Source: Rozella allomycis CSF55 (lineage: Eukaryota). Taken from it: a stretch of 58,124 nucleotides of DNA. Position numbers and translations under genes: made by a program. The first letter of the stretch is position 1; each line of letters starts with the position of its first letter. Where the stretch lies: assembly GCA_000442015.1 (NCBI GenBank), contig KE561324.1, forward strand, positions 62,001 to 120,124. The letters are read 5' to 3'. Below, one piece after another: positions 26,362 to 39,408 of this stretch. The notes under the pieces were generated by a model. It had not been told where the DNA came from, did no database searches, and was given only the letters and a program-made list of their open reading frames with translations.

Positions 26362-28110
26362 CTATTCATACTCTTCAATATCAAAATCAGAATCGTCTAT
26401 TAGCTCAGATTCTTCATAGTCATTCAATTCAACGCGCGACAAGTTCGTTGGTAAAGTAGGGTTATTCATATTTTCTGTGGGATTCGCCTTTTCTGCATCT
26501 GTTGAAATATTTGGCTTTGAGTTTTCCGCATTATCGTCTTCTCCTTTAGCTACTTCAGGTTCTTTTCCCTCGTTGATTTGGCTTGCATTAGTATTATCTT
26601 CCACTGCCTTTTTATCTTGATTCTTTTTTTCCATAATATTTGCTAACTTTAGCAAGACAGATTGTCGATCAATAATATCCATAATCTTGTCCGACGCTTG
26701 GAACGTGAATATGCTAAACATTGTTATAACTCAAACATTACCTTTGTTTTAAAATTTCTATTTTGCCGTTTAGCTTTTCAATTTCTTGGGCATGAATTAA
26801 ATTTATTTCTCTAATTTTGCGTTCGTATTCAAAAGACAATCGTTTAATTCGATCATCCAGCATGCGTGAAAAGCTTACAAGTTTGGACTCCAAGTCTTTA
26901 TTTTCTTTATCCTTCTTTAAGAGCTTCTTTTTGGTGGTGGCTTTTTCTTCCTTTACAGTTTTCAATTTGACTTCCAATTTGGCCAGGGTTAACTTCATTT
27001 GTTCAAATCTTTGATTGTAACTTGATTTTAGGTTCCTAATTGCGGTATTTAATTGGGCCTTTGACGTGTATCAACCAAGCCTTACTTGATCTGTTGGGGC
27101 TTCATTATTAACGTCTTGTTGGGATGTGGGGGAGTTTAAATTGGCTTTAGATGAAACCACACTATTGTTTGATGGAATTTTATCAGGAATTTCTGGAAGT
27201 TGTAAGCTTGTTTCCTGTCTTGAAACACTTCTAGAATTTCCATTTGGAACTTCCAAAGTATTAAATCCGGGTTGAAATTCATCTATTTCTTTCATTAATT
27301 CTGTTGCAAGTGGTGAAGCATTTAAAACGTCGTCTACCTCTGCCTGGTTGTTAGTCGATGAATTTCTTGACAACCCTCTATCGTCAACCCTAAAGCCTTT
27401 CTTTGCAAATGGATTTCTCATCACAGTTTTTCTTAGGTTTTCTATTTCCAGATCTTTTTCTTCCATTTTTTGAATCAAACTATACCAAAGATTTGGATCA
27501 TTTAAATCTTGCACACTGGCACTGTTCGAGTGGGGATCGACAATCTCCTCTGAATTTTTTCGTCTCAGAAGCGAAGGTAATTCTCCCTTGTTTGATTTTT
27601 CATATGCCGCTCTTAAAATTCGGTTCTCGGCCTTTAGTTTAGCCATTTCCTTTTTCATGGAAATTGTTTGATCTGCGGATAATCTAGTAGCATTCTCTTT
27701 TTCAATTTCTTCTAAAATTTTCTTTCATTACATTTGTAACAAATTACCATATAGTGTCTGTCTAATGCTATTAAACAGTTCCTCGTTTTTAATCGATACG
27801 CTTCCCGCATTCTTGTTAACGATTGTGTAACATGCATGTCAATCTGCTTAACTTTCTCGACGTACCCTTCCTTTATCTGTAAAGACTTTTTCGATATATC
27901 TGCTTTATATGTGACATCTATATAGTCCCTCGCCTTCATTAAATCCTTTTCATCATACAAACGTTTTTATACTTGATTAAGCCCATCTAGCTGTATAACT
28001 AATTGCTTAATTTCCATATAGTCATTCCTTTTAGTTTGCGATGAAGAATCTTTCTTCATCAGCATTGGGAAAAGTTGAGTTTCTGTTTCTTGACTTTTCA
28101 ATTTTTGCAT
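26362..28110 (-). CDS. Coiled-coil protein (possibly C10orf67/DUF4709-like)
   Basis: ORF pieces joined by 4 introns of 26-28 nt; the family call is a weak recollection. Confidence 0.55.
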
Positions 28111-28214
28111 CGGAAAATTTATACGACTTCTTCATAATTTGTAGACAACGAAATTTCGAAAATAAATTTTAAAATCCTTAAAAATAATACCAGGGTCCTA
28201 GGAAAAAAACTCAA

Positions 28215-28580
28215 ATGGTAAGTATTTTATAATTATTCCGACTCTTTTACTCTCCCATATCATTTTTTACATCTTAGAACAAATTTAACATTTAGGGTGC
28301 GTCACAAAAGAAGAAAAAATGGTCCAAAGGAAAGGTTAAGGAAAAGTCCAACAACGCTGTTACTTTTGACAAGAACACCTACGACCGTCTTTTCAAAGAA
28401 GTTCCTACCTATAAACTCATCACTCCAGCAGTCTTGATGGATCGTTTGAAGATCACCGGATCTCTTGCTCGTCGTGCTTTAAGAGAATTCGAAGAAAAAG
28501 GTCTTATTCGCCCAGTTGTTAGCCATTCCACTTTGAAAGCTTATACTCGTGCCACTGCTGCTGTTGCTGAAGCTAAATAA
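28215..28580 (+). CDS. RPS25: 40S ribosomal protein eS25
   Basis: [18 protein letters not shown]...[11 protein letters not shown]...[10 protein letters not shown], with a 78-nt intron at 28218-28295. Confidence 0.95.
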
Positions 28581-28625
28581 ATTGTAGCACTTTTCACATT
28601 TACACTGACACGTTTTTAAAAACAA

Positions 28626-29384
<759 letters not shown>

Positions 29385-29448
29385 AATTCAATTTTTTCTT
29401 CATTATCTAGTTATTTGAATGATATAAAGCCCCTGGTTCCAAATTCGA

Positions 29449-30177
29449 ATGGATATTCTTGACATCGTTAGAGAAACTTTAGGGATTCGCTGCTTTGATA
29501 GCATATTTCTAAATAAGAATTTAATGGACTTTGAATGCAATAAGTTGTTAATTTCCAAAGCACTTGGGATTGGTATTATTCTCGGTTCGTCAATTGTTAA
29601 AATTCCTCAAATATTAACCATAGTCAATTCATTGTCCGTGGAAGGGTTAAGTTTACTTTCATATTCTCTTGAGTCTTGGTGTTCTGTGATATCATCTGTG
29701 TACAATATTAAAAATGGTTATCCATTTTCTACGTACGGGGAAAGTGTTTTCATAAGTGTGCAAAATCTTGTTATAGTTGCTTTAATATTTCTCATTAGAA
29801 AAAAAGTTAAATCGTTTTTGGTTTTTTCGATCCTCTTTCTTTGGTTTTCCTACCAATGCCTCTATTTGGCCAAACCTGGCGATTTGAACTTGGGTTATCT
29901 TCAGCAGGCTACTATCCCAATAATTGTTCTTAGTAGGATACCACAAATTTATAGCATTTATAAAAACAAGAGTACGGGGAAACTTTCAGCGATAACAATC
30001 TTTCTCATGTTTGGAGGTTCAATGGCTAGAATATTTACAACATTAACTGAAGTTAATGATTTGATCGTTTTATGCAGTTTTATTTTGGGTGCTGCGACGA
30101 ATTCAATTCTCGCTTTTCAAATGATTTACTACTGGAATTCAAAGAAAAAGATATCAGACCAAAAAAAGAAACAATAA
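29449..30177 (+). CDS. MPDU1: Mannose-P-dolichol utilization defect 1 (PQ-loop)
   Basis: Motifs SKALGIGIILGSSIVKIPQI, PFSTYGE and SRIPQI...STGKLS. Confidence 0.9.
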   Translation: MDILDIVRETLGIRCFDSIFLNKNLMDFECNKLLISKALGIGIILGSSIVKIPQILTIVNSLSVEGLSLLSYSLESWCSVISSVYNIKNGYPFSTYGESVFISVQNLVIVALIFLIRKKVKSFLVFSILFLWFSYQCLYLAKPGDLNLGYLQQATIPIIVLSRIPQIYSIYKNKSTGKLSAITIFLMFGGSMARIFTTLTEVNDLIVLCSFILGAATNSILAFQMIYYWNSKKKISDQKKKQ

Positions 30178-30198
30178 ATATTGCTTTTATAAATTTAT

Positions 30199-30931
30199 TT
30201 ACAGCTGCACAATGTAAGCCATCAAAATAACGATCAATCCGCCAAAAATTGAAATTGTCAAAAATCTCTTGGTAGAAATTGTGTCCTGAGAATTGTTATT
30301 TTTAATTGTATTAGACTTACATTGATCTTCTTGAAAAGGATACTTTTTACGGACTAGTTCAGGAAACATTTCTACTTTTGTTACATGCTAACAATTACCT
30401 TTAAAAATCAGAGACTTTGAATTGTGCTCGTAGGAATTTATCGCTAATAATCGCTTCTGATTTGCTGTTGATATTATGGAACCTGTTGTGGGTGTATCTT
30501 CAAGCTATGGAAGTACTTGAGAATTTTGTACCATGAAAGATAAAAGACCTGTTAAGATAGTTGAAACAGACCATGCGGGATTCCAAGTGTCGGCTACTTA
30601 TTTATAGATGATATTCATACGATGAAAGTCACTCATTGACAGACACAAGGGTTTATCCGTTTCAAACCTGCCATTAGGTGTCAGCATTCTGATTTGACCT
30701 GGTTTAAAAGGATAATCTTTGGGAAATATTAGTTTTCCGTGATATTGACCGCCATCGTATGGACTATCAGGGGGGCCCAAAATTACATAATGCCTAGAAA
30801 TAAAAATATTTCGTCTTCTACCATTCAAGGATATTTTTCTCGCTTGGTTTAGCAACTATAAAAGGCACGGGATTCTTCATAATTGCAGCGTATTCTTTTT
30901 TCAGTCTTTTTATAGCCTGAGGTGTAGCCAT
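30199..30931 (-). CDS. UBC6: ER ubiquitin-conjugating enzyme UBC6/UBE2J2
   Basis: LCLSMSDFH/PDTWNPAWSVSTILTGLLSFM plus a C-terminal TM; 4 introns. Confidence 0.93.
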
Positions 30932-31026
30932 CTATTTTGTAAATTTCAAGAACCAATGAGACAAAAGTGTTTCCAAATTTAGCTAACCTTTGGGTCTCAT
31001 TTATCTACTCCTGTCAGAAAGCTAAC

Positions 31027-31650
31027 ATGATAGTTACGGAAATTCTTGCTGCTATTTTCTTTGGAATTACAGGACTACTGTTTCTCTTTTGCGGTAAAAG
31101 ACTATTTAAACCATCGCTCTTTATTGCTGGTTTCTTGTTGCTCTCCATTCTTATCACTGAACCAATAGCTGAAAGCAAAATCGGTCGTGAATTATCAGAT
31201 GGAGCGTTCATTGGAATGTTCATAGGAATCGGGTTACTAGGTGGCTTTCTTGCATTTACGTTTTGGAGAATAGGCCTGGCATGTTTTGGTGGTTTGGCTG
31301 GTTTCGCAGTTGCTGTTAACATTCAAAATTGGCAGGTTGGCGGTGTTATACCTAACGTGGAGGGTAGAATAGGGCTGATAGCATCCTTTGTTTTGCTGGG
31401 CATAGTTCTTTCGTATTTCTTTGAAGAGCTAGTCATAATTGTGGGTACATCTCTTACTGGAAGCTTTTTGGTCCTGTTTAGTGCCGATCTCTTTGCGGAT
31501 ACAAAATATGGTGACAATCTAAGAGCAATCACTAATGTTAACGGAACTACTATCACTCAAGGTACTCTCCTTGGGTTCCAAATTTCTTTTTGGATAATTG
31601 CGTTAATAGGATTTTTAGCTCAATACTTTAGCACCAGAAATATGAAATAG
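31027..31650 (+). CDS. TMEM198/TM7S3 (DUF4203) membrane protein
   Basis: G.RLFKPSLFIAGF, GGLAGF and I.GTSLTGS; paralogous to 48015-48775. Confidence 0.75.
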   Translation: MIVTEILAAIFFGITGLLFLFCGKRLFKPSLFIAGFLLLSILITEPIAESKIGRELSDGAFIGMFIGIGLLGGFLAFTFWRIGLACFGGLAGFAVAVNIQNWQVGGVIPNVEGRIGLIASFVLLGIVLSYFFEELVIIVGTSLTGSFLVLFSADLFADTKYGDNLRAITNVNGTTITQGTLLGFQISFWIIALIGFLAQYFSTRNMK

Positions 31651-31806
31651 TTAAATAAACCAATTTGATTAAAACTGTTATCTCACTGCCAATAATACAC
31701 TATACTTAATACTAATCCACTTTAATAGAAAGTAAAATAATGTGTTACTCCAAACATTAGCTTTCCTGGGTATAGATCTACAATCACATTTTTGTAAATT
31801 TTACAA

Positions 31807-32979
31807 ATGAGTACTTTTTGCATTGATTTATTAATCAAGGAATGTGGTATATCATTTCTTTTCTTTAAACTTAGGCTTGGATAACGTTAGCCAGCCTACG
31901 TTAGCATTCTTTGGTTGTAACATGCCAAATCCAATTGATGTTAATTACGATATTTTACTTAGGTATGTACACGTAAACTCAGGAAATCAGTGATATTTTA
32001 CAAAAGCTTGATGAATATGTAGAAAATGATTATGTTTTAATCATGTTCAATGCTGAAACTCGTCACAGGCCAGCAATTTCATGGTTATTTAAAGCCTACA
32101 AATCACTTGATAGGAAATATAGAAAGAACTTGAAACAACTTATTGTTGTTCATCCTTCCAGTATGGTCATTTTTCTTATGAACGCCATGAAAAAGATAAT
32201 TAGGTAGAAATTTGCCGTTACCGTTAAATTAGTCCAAAGTTTGGAAAGAAGCTCTTTTATGTTAATGCCATAGCAGATTTACAACCTTTCATTGATATAA
32301 AGCAAATTCCTGTACCGAATGAAGTCATGGAATATGATTTTAGAATTCATGGAATTGAGAGGCACGCGGCTTCATTAACTGACTTGAAACAGCCAGGTTC
32401 CTTTTTTAAGCTTAATCTTTCGCTCATAATGCCTGAAGACAATTTACCCAGAGGTTGGTCAATACTAGTTGAATACATAAGGGACAATGGTAAAAGATGT
32501 TTGTCGTTTAAAGATCAGGAAAGGATATCCAGGGAATCTTTCGAAAGTCCCCCGCGTCATCCGAAATTTTGAAGTTAAAGAATGGTTTTGACAGAGCTGA
32601 AATGAATTTAGAAGGAGTTGACGTTATGGTTGCTGCATCATTGTTAAAAATATTTTTGCGGGAGCTGCCACGGCCAATTTTTAACGATCAAGCTATAAAG
32701 TTTGCAATTGAATGGACTGAGGAAATACCACTTGAGAATTTTTTTGATTTAATTGAAAAGAGAGAGAGGATTCTATTCTTATCTCTGTTGAGCCTTTTGC
32801 ATGATATTTCTGTGAATAGCAAAGACAATTTTATGACTAGCCATAATTTAGCGATAGTTTTCAGCCCCAACTTGACTGATGTGATTGATTACTCGACAAT
32901 ATCGTCGATAACAAACATTTTGACCTCATGTATAGAAAATTATGAGAAAATGATTAAAGATGTACAAGTAAATAAATAA
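31807..32979 (+). CDS. BCH/CRAL-TRIO + RhoGAP protein (ARHGAP1/p50RhoGAP-like)
   Basis: LDEYVENDY, RKYRKNLKQLIVVHP, QGIFRKS, ASLLKIFLRELP and NLAIVFSPNL; 4 introns. Confidence 0.85.
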
Positions 32980-32996
32980 AAATTTTAGCAATAAAT

Positions 32997-34815
32997 TTAT
33001 TGAATTGAGTATTCATCTGGTATAATTTGAATTTGTTTAGAAAAGGTTATCGGTTCTCCAGAGTTAACTTGTGCCACTGAAATAATCTTTTTAAATCATT
33101 AAAGCATTATTACCTCTAAATTTGACATTAATGTTTCAGATTTGAAATAGGCGTCTACGGGAAAGAAGTCGTTGGAGGAAGAAATATCGTCTACCGAAAA
33201 CTCTAAAATTCCATTGGATGTATTTTTGTCGATAACTGGAATAATCCAAGAGAGAGTTCTATTTAACCGATCGTATCTGTGTTCTCCTACTATTTCTTGT
33301 ACGATTGGTTGTTGATTAGAACTATTTATTAAATCGATTGAGAATTAATACGGGATGTGAATTTGAATCATGACGTCAGTTAAAATCAGGTCGTTTCTTA
33401 AGAGTTCATATTCAACATTGACGTCAGCATGACCCTTGTCGCAAGTGGGCCAGCAAGTAACTTTAAAAAAAATAGGAAAGACATACTTGATAAAGGAATT
33501 TGATCTTCATCTTGAGAAGTAAATCTCCATTTTAATAAGCCTAAGGATTGATTAAGTGGCAATGGTCTATTAGGATCTCTGAGTACCAAAACCTTTTCAT
33601 TTGCGAAACTCTTCTTATCAACGTTTGGATGAGTCATTTAATGTAAAAAGAAGAGATTACTTTAAATTGATAATTTTTATCGTCTGAATGAGAACATTGA
33701 ATCTTTAGACAAGTTTTGTCATTGTCTGACACCAAAATGGATAGTTCGCCTTTAACTTCGAAATGATGAATACCTCCATCTCGTGATACAGCCATTTCAA
33801 TTCTCTCTTCAGCAGTTATATGAACCCTTGTAACATTTAGAAGGGAAATTTACGAGTCTTTTTGAATGGAATCTATTGGGGCAATAGAGGCAGACTCAAT
33901 TGGATAACTTTCTGACGATGGACTAGTGAATACAGATTCTGAAAACCCAGTTTCTTTCTTTACAATATCCATCAACTCTGCGCCCTTTTCTTTCCTTCCA
34001 AGTTTCATCCCACGGCTTGGATTGGCAATAATCCTACAGTTGAGATTTAAATAAAGCACTACGTTGAGGGCTCTTTAGGCTTTGGTTGTTCATACTGCCT
34101 AACGTAGTTAGTCTCCACAGGCATGGAAGAATACTCCATCCCACTTTTCATACCACCCATGCCTGTCGCAAAGCTTGCTCTTTTTTGTTCTCTTCTTTGC
34201 ATTTCAAGTTGCTTAGCTTTTAATTTAGCAGCTTCGCGCGCTTCTCTCTCTTTCATCCTTGCTAGAGCTTCTTGGACTCGTTCATCGTGTGAATCCATTT
34301 CAATAATTGTCTTTAGCTGAGAAACACTTAAACTTTCTCTATATCCCATATTCACTATTTCATCAAATGCAAAAATTAATTCAAAGGCATTCTTTTTAAC
34401 CTTTTCATCTAAATGCCTTCAATTTACTTGCTCTTCGTTGACTGTTTTGCAATACTCGGGAACTATCCTTGCAAATAAATGTAACGTCTCTAAATCCTAT
34501 ACTTAAATGCACAATTTTTTACCAAAAGTATATTAGACGTCTTTGTAGTAAGCATCACCAAATAGAGGCTCTCCATAGGTTGATATACAAACCTAAGATC
34601 GTCACTCTCCACAAAAGTATGCTCTTGTCCTTCATCTATTAATCTTGGAAATGATGCTAAGAGCCCTTCAACTTTACTACGAGACATTTCGACAAATTGA
34701 CGAGACACCAGAGCTAAATTTGTTGCAATAAATTAAATATTTACCATTTCCATTTTTATTACATAACGCAACTGCTAAAACAGACTAGCTTTCATACACT
34801 TATTTTACTTACCAT
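32997..34815 (-). CDS. RET2: Coatomer subunit delta
   Basis: [26 protein letters not shown] and QFK/THPNVDK; 10 introns, including GT-TG at 33635-33660. Confidence 0.95.
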
Positions 34816-34838
34816 CTGTTGTCGAGTAATGCCAGGGT

Positions 34839-35163
34839 ATGAATGAATCAAACGCCTACAACATTGCTGAAAATAATGAATTAGATGATACTTATTCAAA
34901 TGAAGAAAGTGATGTTACCTCAAGTGTTCAAATAAATCGATACAAATTAGTGAAAGAAGAAAATCATGAGCAACCTGTAACAATTTCAATCAATTACGTA
35001 ATATTAGACAAAGCAAGCAGACTCCGAGATAGATATATCATTTTTAACCAGTGTTTTACAAAATGGAGTGGAATCCGAAACTGTGGTAATCGTATTGATA
35101 AACGAAAGAAAGTGGACGTTTGATTACCTCATGCAATCCTTGAAACAAAACCTAGTAAAATAA
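34839..35163 (+). CDS. IFT43: Intraflagellar transport protein 43-like (short)
   Basis: The spliced C-terminus DSEIDISFLTSVLQNGVESETVWTFDYLMQSL resembles the IFT43 EIDL..LT.VL...W..D.L motif; 2-3 introns. Confidence 0.6.
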
Positions 35164-35190
35164 AAGGCATTGTAAAGATGATGATTTATT

Positions 35191-35933
35191 CTATTCACGC
35201 TTTGATTTAACATTTTCCACTGAAGAATTATGCCATTCATATAATGGAACAAATGATTCAAAGAATCCAACATCTTCAAACAAATTTGGAAAGAGCCTGT
35301 TTAATCATTTCAAGAATTTTACCAAATGCCAGGTGGAAGCGCGAAGAACGTAATCACAAACAAAATTAAACGAACCACACCCAAAAACATGATAAAGACT
35401 ATGAAGCCTACTGCTAACATACCTATTCAAGTCATAAAATCATGCATACCCAAATACCACACTCCATTGCGGACAGTATATGGCCATAAAGGAAACATAA
35501 CAAATGTCATCGCTAACAAGAGCAAAAGGACTCCACCAAGAATGGTCATCCATTGCGATCCTTCATAAACCCAGGCTTATCAATCATATGGCGAAAATTT
35601 ACTATAAAAACCCTCCTTGGTAAACTCTCTGCTCACATCTGGCTCAAAATAGCGGGTATTTCCAGATCTCTTACATTTGACATAGAATCCTTCTTCCAAT
35701 AAATTTGAAAGTACTTCCAAAGCTTCCTTTTCATTTGTAATTGGAACTCCCTTTTTGCACTTTTGCAAATAAAGTGGCGAACACAAAGCTTCAACAGCTA
35801 ATTTCCCTGGAAAGAAAAACGATTTATTCTTACCAGAGAAGACTTTTACGCGCTTTTCATTTATTACTCCATCTCCTATAGGAATATTGGAAAGCAAAAA
35901 ATTGGCAATCCTTTTCAACTGTGTTTCTTCCAT
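35191..35933 (-). CDS. SEC62: ER translocon subunit SEC62
   Basis: Y.WVYEG, MFPLWP...GVWYL and PGIWLFPNLFEDVGFFESFVPLYEW; 4 introns. Confidence 0.92.
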
Positions 35934-36076
35934 GCGTGACACTTCTCGAAATTTCAAAAATCATTGGGTTTTGGCAGATACAGGCAATAATGCTTTAATC
36001 AATTTAGTCGTCATGTAATTGATGAAAGACTATTTATTTACACTTTGGAAGCAAATAGCAACATTATTTTTTAAGA

Positions 36077-36883
36077 ATGTCTATCGTACTTCAAAATTTT
36101 GATATAGTGCCTAATATTTTAATTCACCTTTGTTGGAAGGATATTTCAAATTTGATTCGCTTAATACCGGATATTCAACATTGCATTGACATTCCCGAAT
36201 TTTGGACTAGTCGGGTGACAACTTGCGATGATCTTAAAATAATTTCAGCTATAGAATCGAAACATCCAAAAGTTCCATTAAGAGTAAAGAAGCTCTTCAT
36301 TGATATTGGAATTGATTTGAGACAACAAAATTTTGTCAAGCAATTTGAAAACGTAACCGAATTGTCCTTGCATTCTTGTCCTTTAACCAATATTATTGTC
36401 TATTTTAGAAACTTAAAACACTTGACGTTAAAGTTTGTTGATATAAGCGGTGTGGACTTACTTGACTGGACTGATCAATTGATTTCACTAAACCTTTGTG
36501 GTTGCATACGCTTAGATGACGATATTTTGAAATTCCTAATTGTAAATAACAAAAATTTAAAGAATCTGTCTTTGGAAAGTCTCCATTATTTGAATGACTG
36601 GTCTCATATTAGTGAAACTCTTTCGTTACACCGTAGCATGGAAAAATTGACGATTTCGGGAATCGATAATTTAGAAAACGCTCATATATTAAAGATTTTG
36701 GAATGCGAATCACTTAGGGATTTGAAAATATTGAATTGCATTGAGATTACAACCGATGATTTAGACATATGCCAGGAGAAGAGACGAGATGTGGTGATTC
36801 AAGGTAACGCATTGCTTAGAAATCACGAATTTGAAGCTGTTTCTGAATACATTAAAGCTTTATGTGGGTTATATGTTAAATAA
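36077..36883 (+). CDS. Leucine-rich repeat protein, possibly F-box/LRR
   Basis: Repeats of L..L.L..C (LISLNLCGC, LKNLSLESL, LRDLKILNC). Confidence 0.65.
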   Translation: MSIVLQNFDIVPNILIHLCWKDISNLIRLIPDIQHCIDIPEFWTSRVTTCDDLKIISAIESKHPKVPLRVKKLFIDIGIDLRQQNFVKQFENVTELSLHSCPLTNIIVYFRNLKHLTLKFVDISGVDLLDWTDQLISLNLCGCIRLDDDILKFLIVNNKNLKNLSLESLHYLNDWSHISETLSLHRSMEKLTISGIDNLENAHILKILECESLRDLKILNCIEITTDDLDICQEKRRDVVIQGNALLRNHEFEAVSEYIKALCGLYVK

Positions 36884-36991
36884 ATAATTTCATTTTGCCA
36901 TTCCTCCAATTTTGGACTGGCCACTAACTTCAGCCACTGTGTTCTTTTTAAATTAATTAATCACGCGCCACTACACGTGACTAAATATACA

Positions 36992-38671
36992 ATGTGGCAA
37001 TTGAAATACTACTTTGGTATACTATCATTACTTTCAGGAGTACTGACGAGTTGGGTTCCATTGAATGTAAGCAGTCCCTTAAGATTGAACTACACAAATT
37101 ATGAACTACGCTATTTCGATGTTCCAATGTACTATACTGACACTTGTGAGCCTAAAGGAAATAGAACCATTAATATTGCTTTAAGAAGAGCGTATCAAAA
37201 CCATACAAACCCACTACAATCACGATCTCTTTGGTGTCTCTCAGGTGGGCCGGGGCAAGCAGGTGTACACGGCCCAGCTTTAATTAGGATGCTTACAAAA
37301 ACGGCACTAGAGAATACCATTGTTGCGTATTTGCCTGATTTCCGGGGTACAGGATTTTCAACTCCGTATGAATTACTAAAATGAAAAAATAGGTTTCCAC
37401 CAGTGGAAAATGAAAATACCACCTTATATTTCAATAAAACGTATGGGATTGATTTTGAAGCTGTAACAACAACTTTTGGAGCATGTGACGTTCTCCTTCT
37501 GAAGAAGCAAATTATGCTGGAGCAAAAAAGTTACAAGAGGCAACTTTTGTACGGATCTAAAGCGTTTAATGTTGATAAACTCCATTTCGTGTATGGGATT
37601 TCTTACGGGACACTACTAGCTCAGAGAATTATGCTCATCGACAACAATGCGGTAAATTCATGTTATAAATTTAATTAGTTTTTATCTGCAATATTGGAGG
37701 GAGTTGTAAGCCCCAATTTAAACCTTTTCGATTTATTTTCCCTTGCCACGGATGTTATTCAAAACATAGCCAATGAATGCTCTCTGAATGAAAACTGCTC
37801 TTCAGGTTTACCTTTTATCACACGCGAATTTCTTCTAGGAAATGAAAATGTCATTCCTGATCAATGTCGTCAAATTTTCAATGAAAGCTTCGAAGGCTAC
37901 ACTCTTTTCAATCGAGGGTTATTTGTAATTGAGCATCGTCTAGTTCAATCTGAAGATTACATTGACAAACGAGTGCTAGCTTTGGGACTCATCAACAAAC
38001 TTGCAGAATGCTCTTCTGCAGAATCTGTTCTCCGATTGTTTCGAAAAGCAAGATTGTATATGCTGTACAGATCTACAGTGCCCTCTTTAAGCGCTTCAGT
38101 TGAACATTGCAATTCTAATTCTATAATTCCTTGTGGTCTCAGCGACCCTAGCTTAGAACTTAATCAGGCCGTATATTTTCTAATTTCAACTTTGGATATG
38201 TATGATGGTACTAATTTTAATACTAACGATGTCCCTTCAAATTGGCTATTTCCAAAGCATATATTACTATCTCACTTAAGTCCATTAATTGAAAATCTTG
38301 ACATGAAACTAAACAGGACAAAAGACAAATATTTTCAGAAAATGGTTCATGATATTGGAAATACAAATGTATTCATACTCCAAGGAATGTATGACATTAA
38401 TACACCGGCAGTAAGTTCTCATGATGTGATTCACAACATTTATGAAAACCAGCAAGACCAAATCTACACATACTTTTTCAGAAATGGTGGCCATAATGTT
38501 CTTCTTGATGAAACCAACCACTGTACGACCAGAATACTTTATGATGCCCATGTCGGTGGAAAAAAATCCAAGGTATCAGAATCGTGTATGGATCGAATTA
38601 ATAGACAAGGTATCAACTGGAATATGACTGCCTATAAAATGGAAGGATTCGATATTGAAACCAAATTATAA
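36992..38671 (+). CDS. Secreted alpha/beta-hydrolase (peptidase S33/TAP-like)
   Basis: Signal peptide; motifs LSGGPG, DFRGTG.S, GISYG, G.YDINTP and GGH; two 27-nt introns. Confidence 0.8.
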
Positions 38672-38724
38672 TTACAATCCAAAATAAATTAAGCTTACCA
38701 ATATCACTTTACTAAATTCCAGAA

Positions 38725-39408
38725 ATGAACTTTAGATTCTTTTCTACCGAATTGTTCAACAAAGTTCTCAAAAACACACCGAAACCAACCTCCCATAAAT
38801 ATTACTTGGAGCTCCTACAAGTTCCATCTCATTTTACCAAGAGCGATCTTTTCCATATTTACAAGCTTCCTCTACGATATCTGCCACATTTTCAATGTAA
38901 AATGAAGTTTTAGATATATTAAAGTCTCTAATACCCGATATAACACGTCCAATAACCGTTCCTGGATAATGGTTTTCGACGATCTCGAAAAGATGCGCTA
39001 TCTCAAGGAAAAGATGAATGAAGCTTTCAACAAACGCCCTCTAGAAGACCGCATAAAGATACGAGAAGGAGAAAGTGTACAAGCGGATGACTACATTGTA
39101 ATTGAAAAGGTTGGTTCACCTTTGATGCTTCGAAATCTACCGCTTGATACTAGTATAGGAGATTTACAAGAAATTACAGCGGATTATTTAAAGGTTAGTG
39201 TGGAAGAAGCGGATCCATACATTATCATAGAGTCAAAAAAGTAATTGTTGGTTGAATTGGAGACAGGGATAATGAGGAATCAAGCGAAAAGTGTGTAAAT
39301 GCTATAGTTCGATTTGCCAATGAAAAGGAAGCGGCCAAGGCAATGTTGGATTTACATAAACAGGAATACAAAGGTAGACTTATATTTTCTAGATATTTTG
39401 ACCAATAA
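38725..39408 (+). CDS. RRM-containing protein, possibly mitochondrial
   Basis: LMLRNLP...NAIVRFANEKEAAKAM..LHKQEYKGR; 2 introns; presequence-like N-terminus. Confidence 0.55.
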
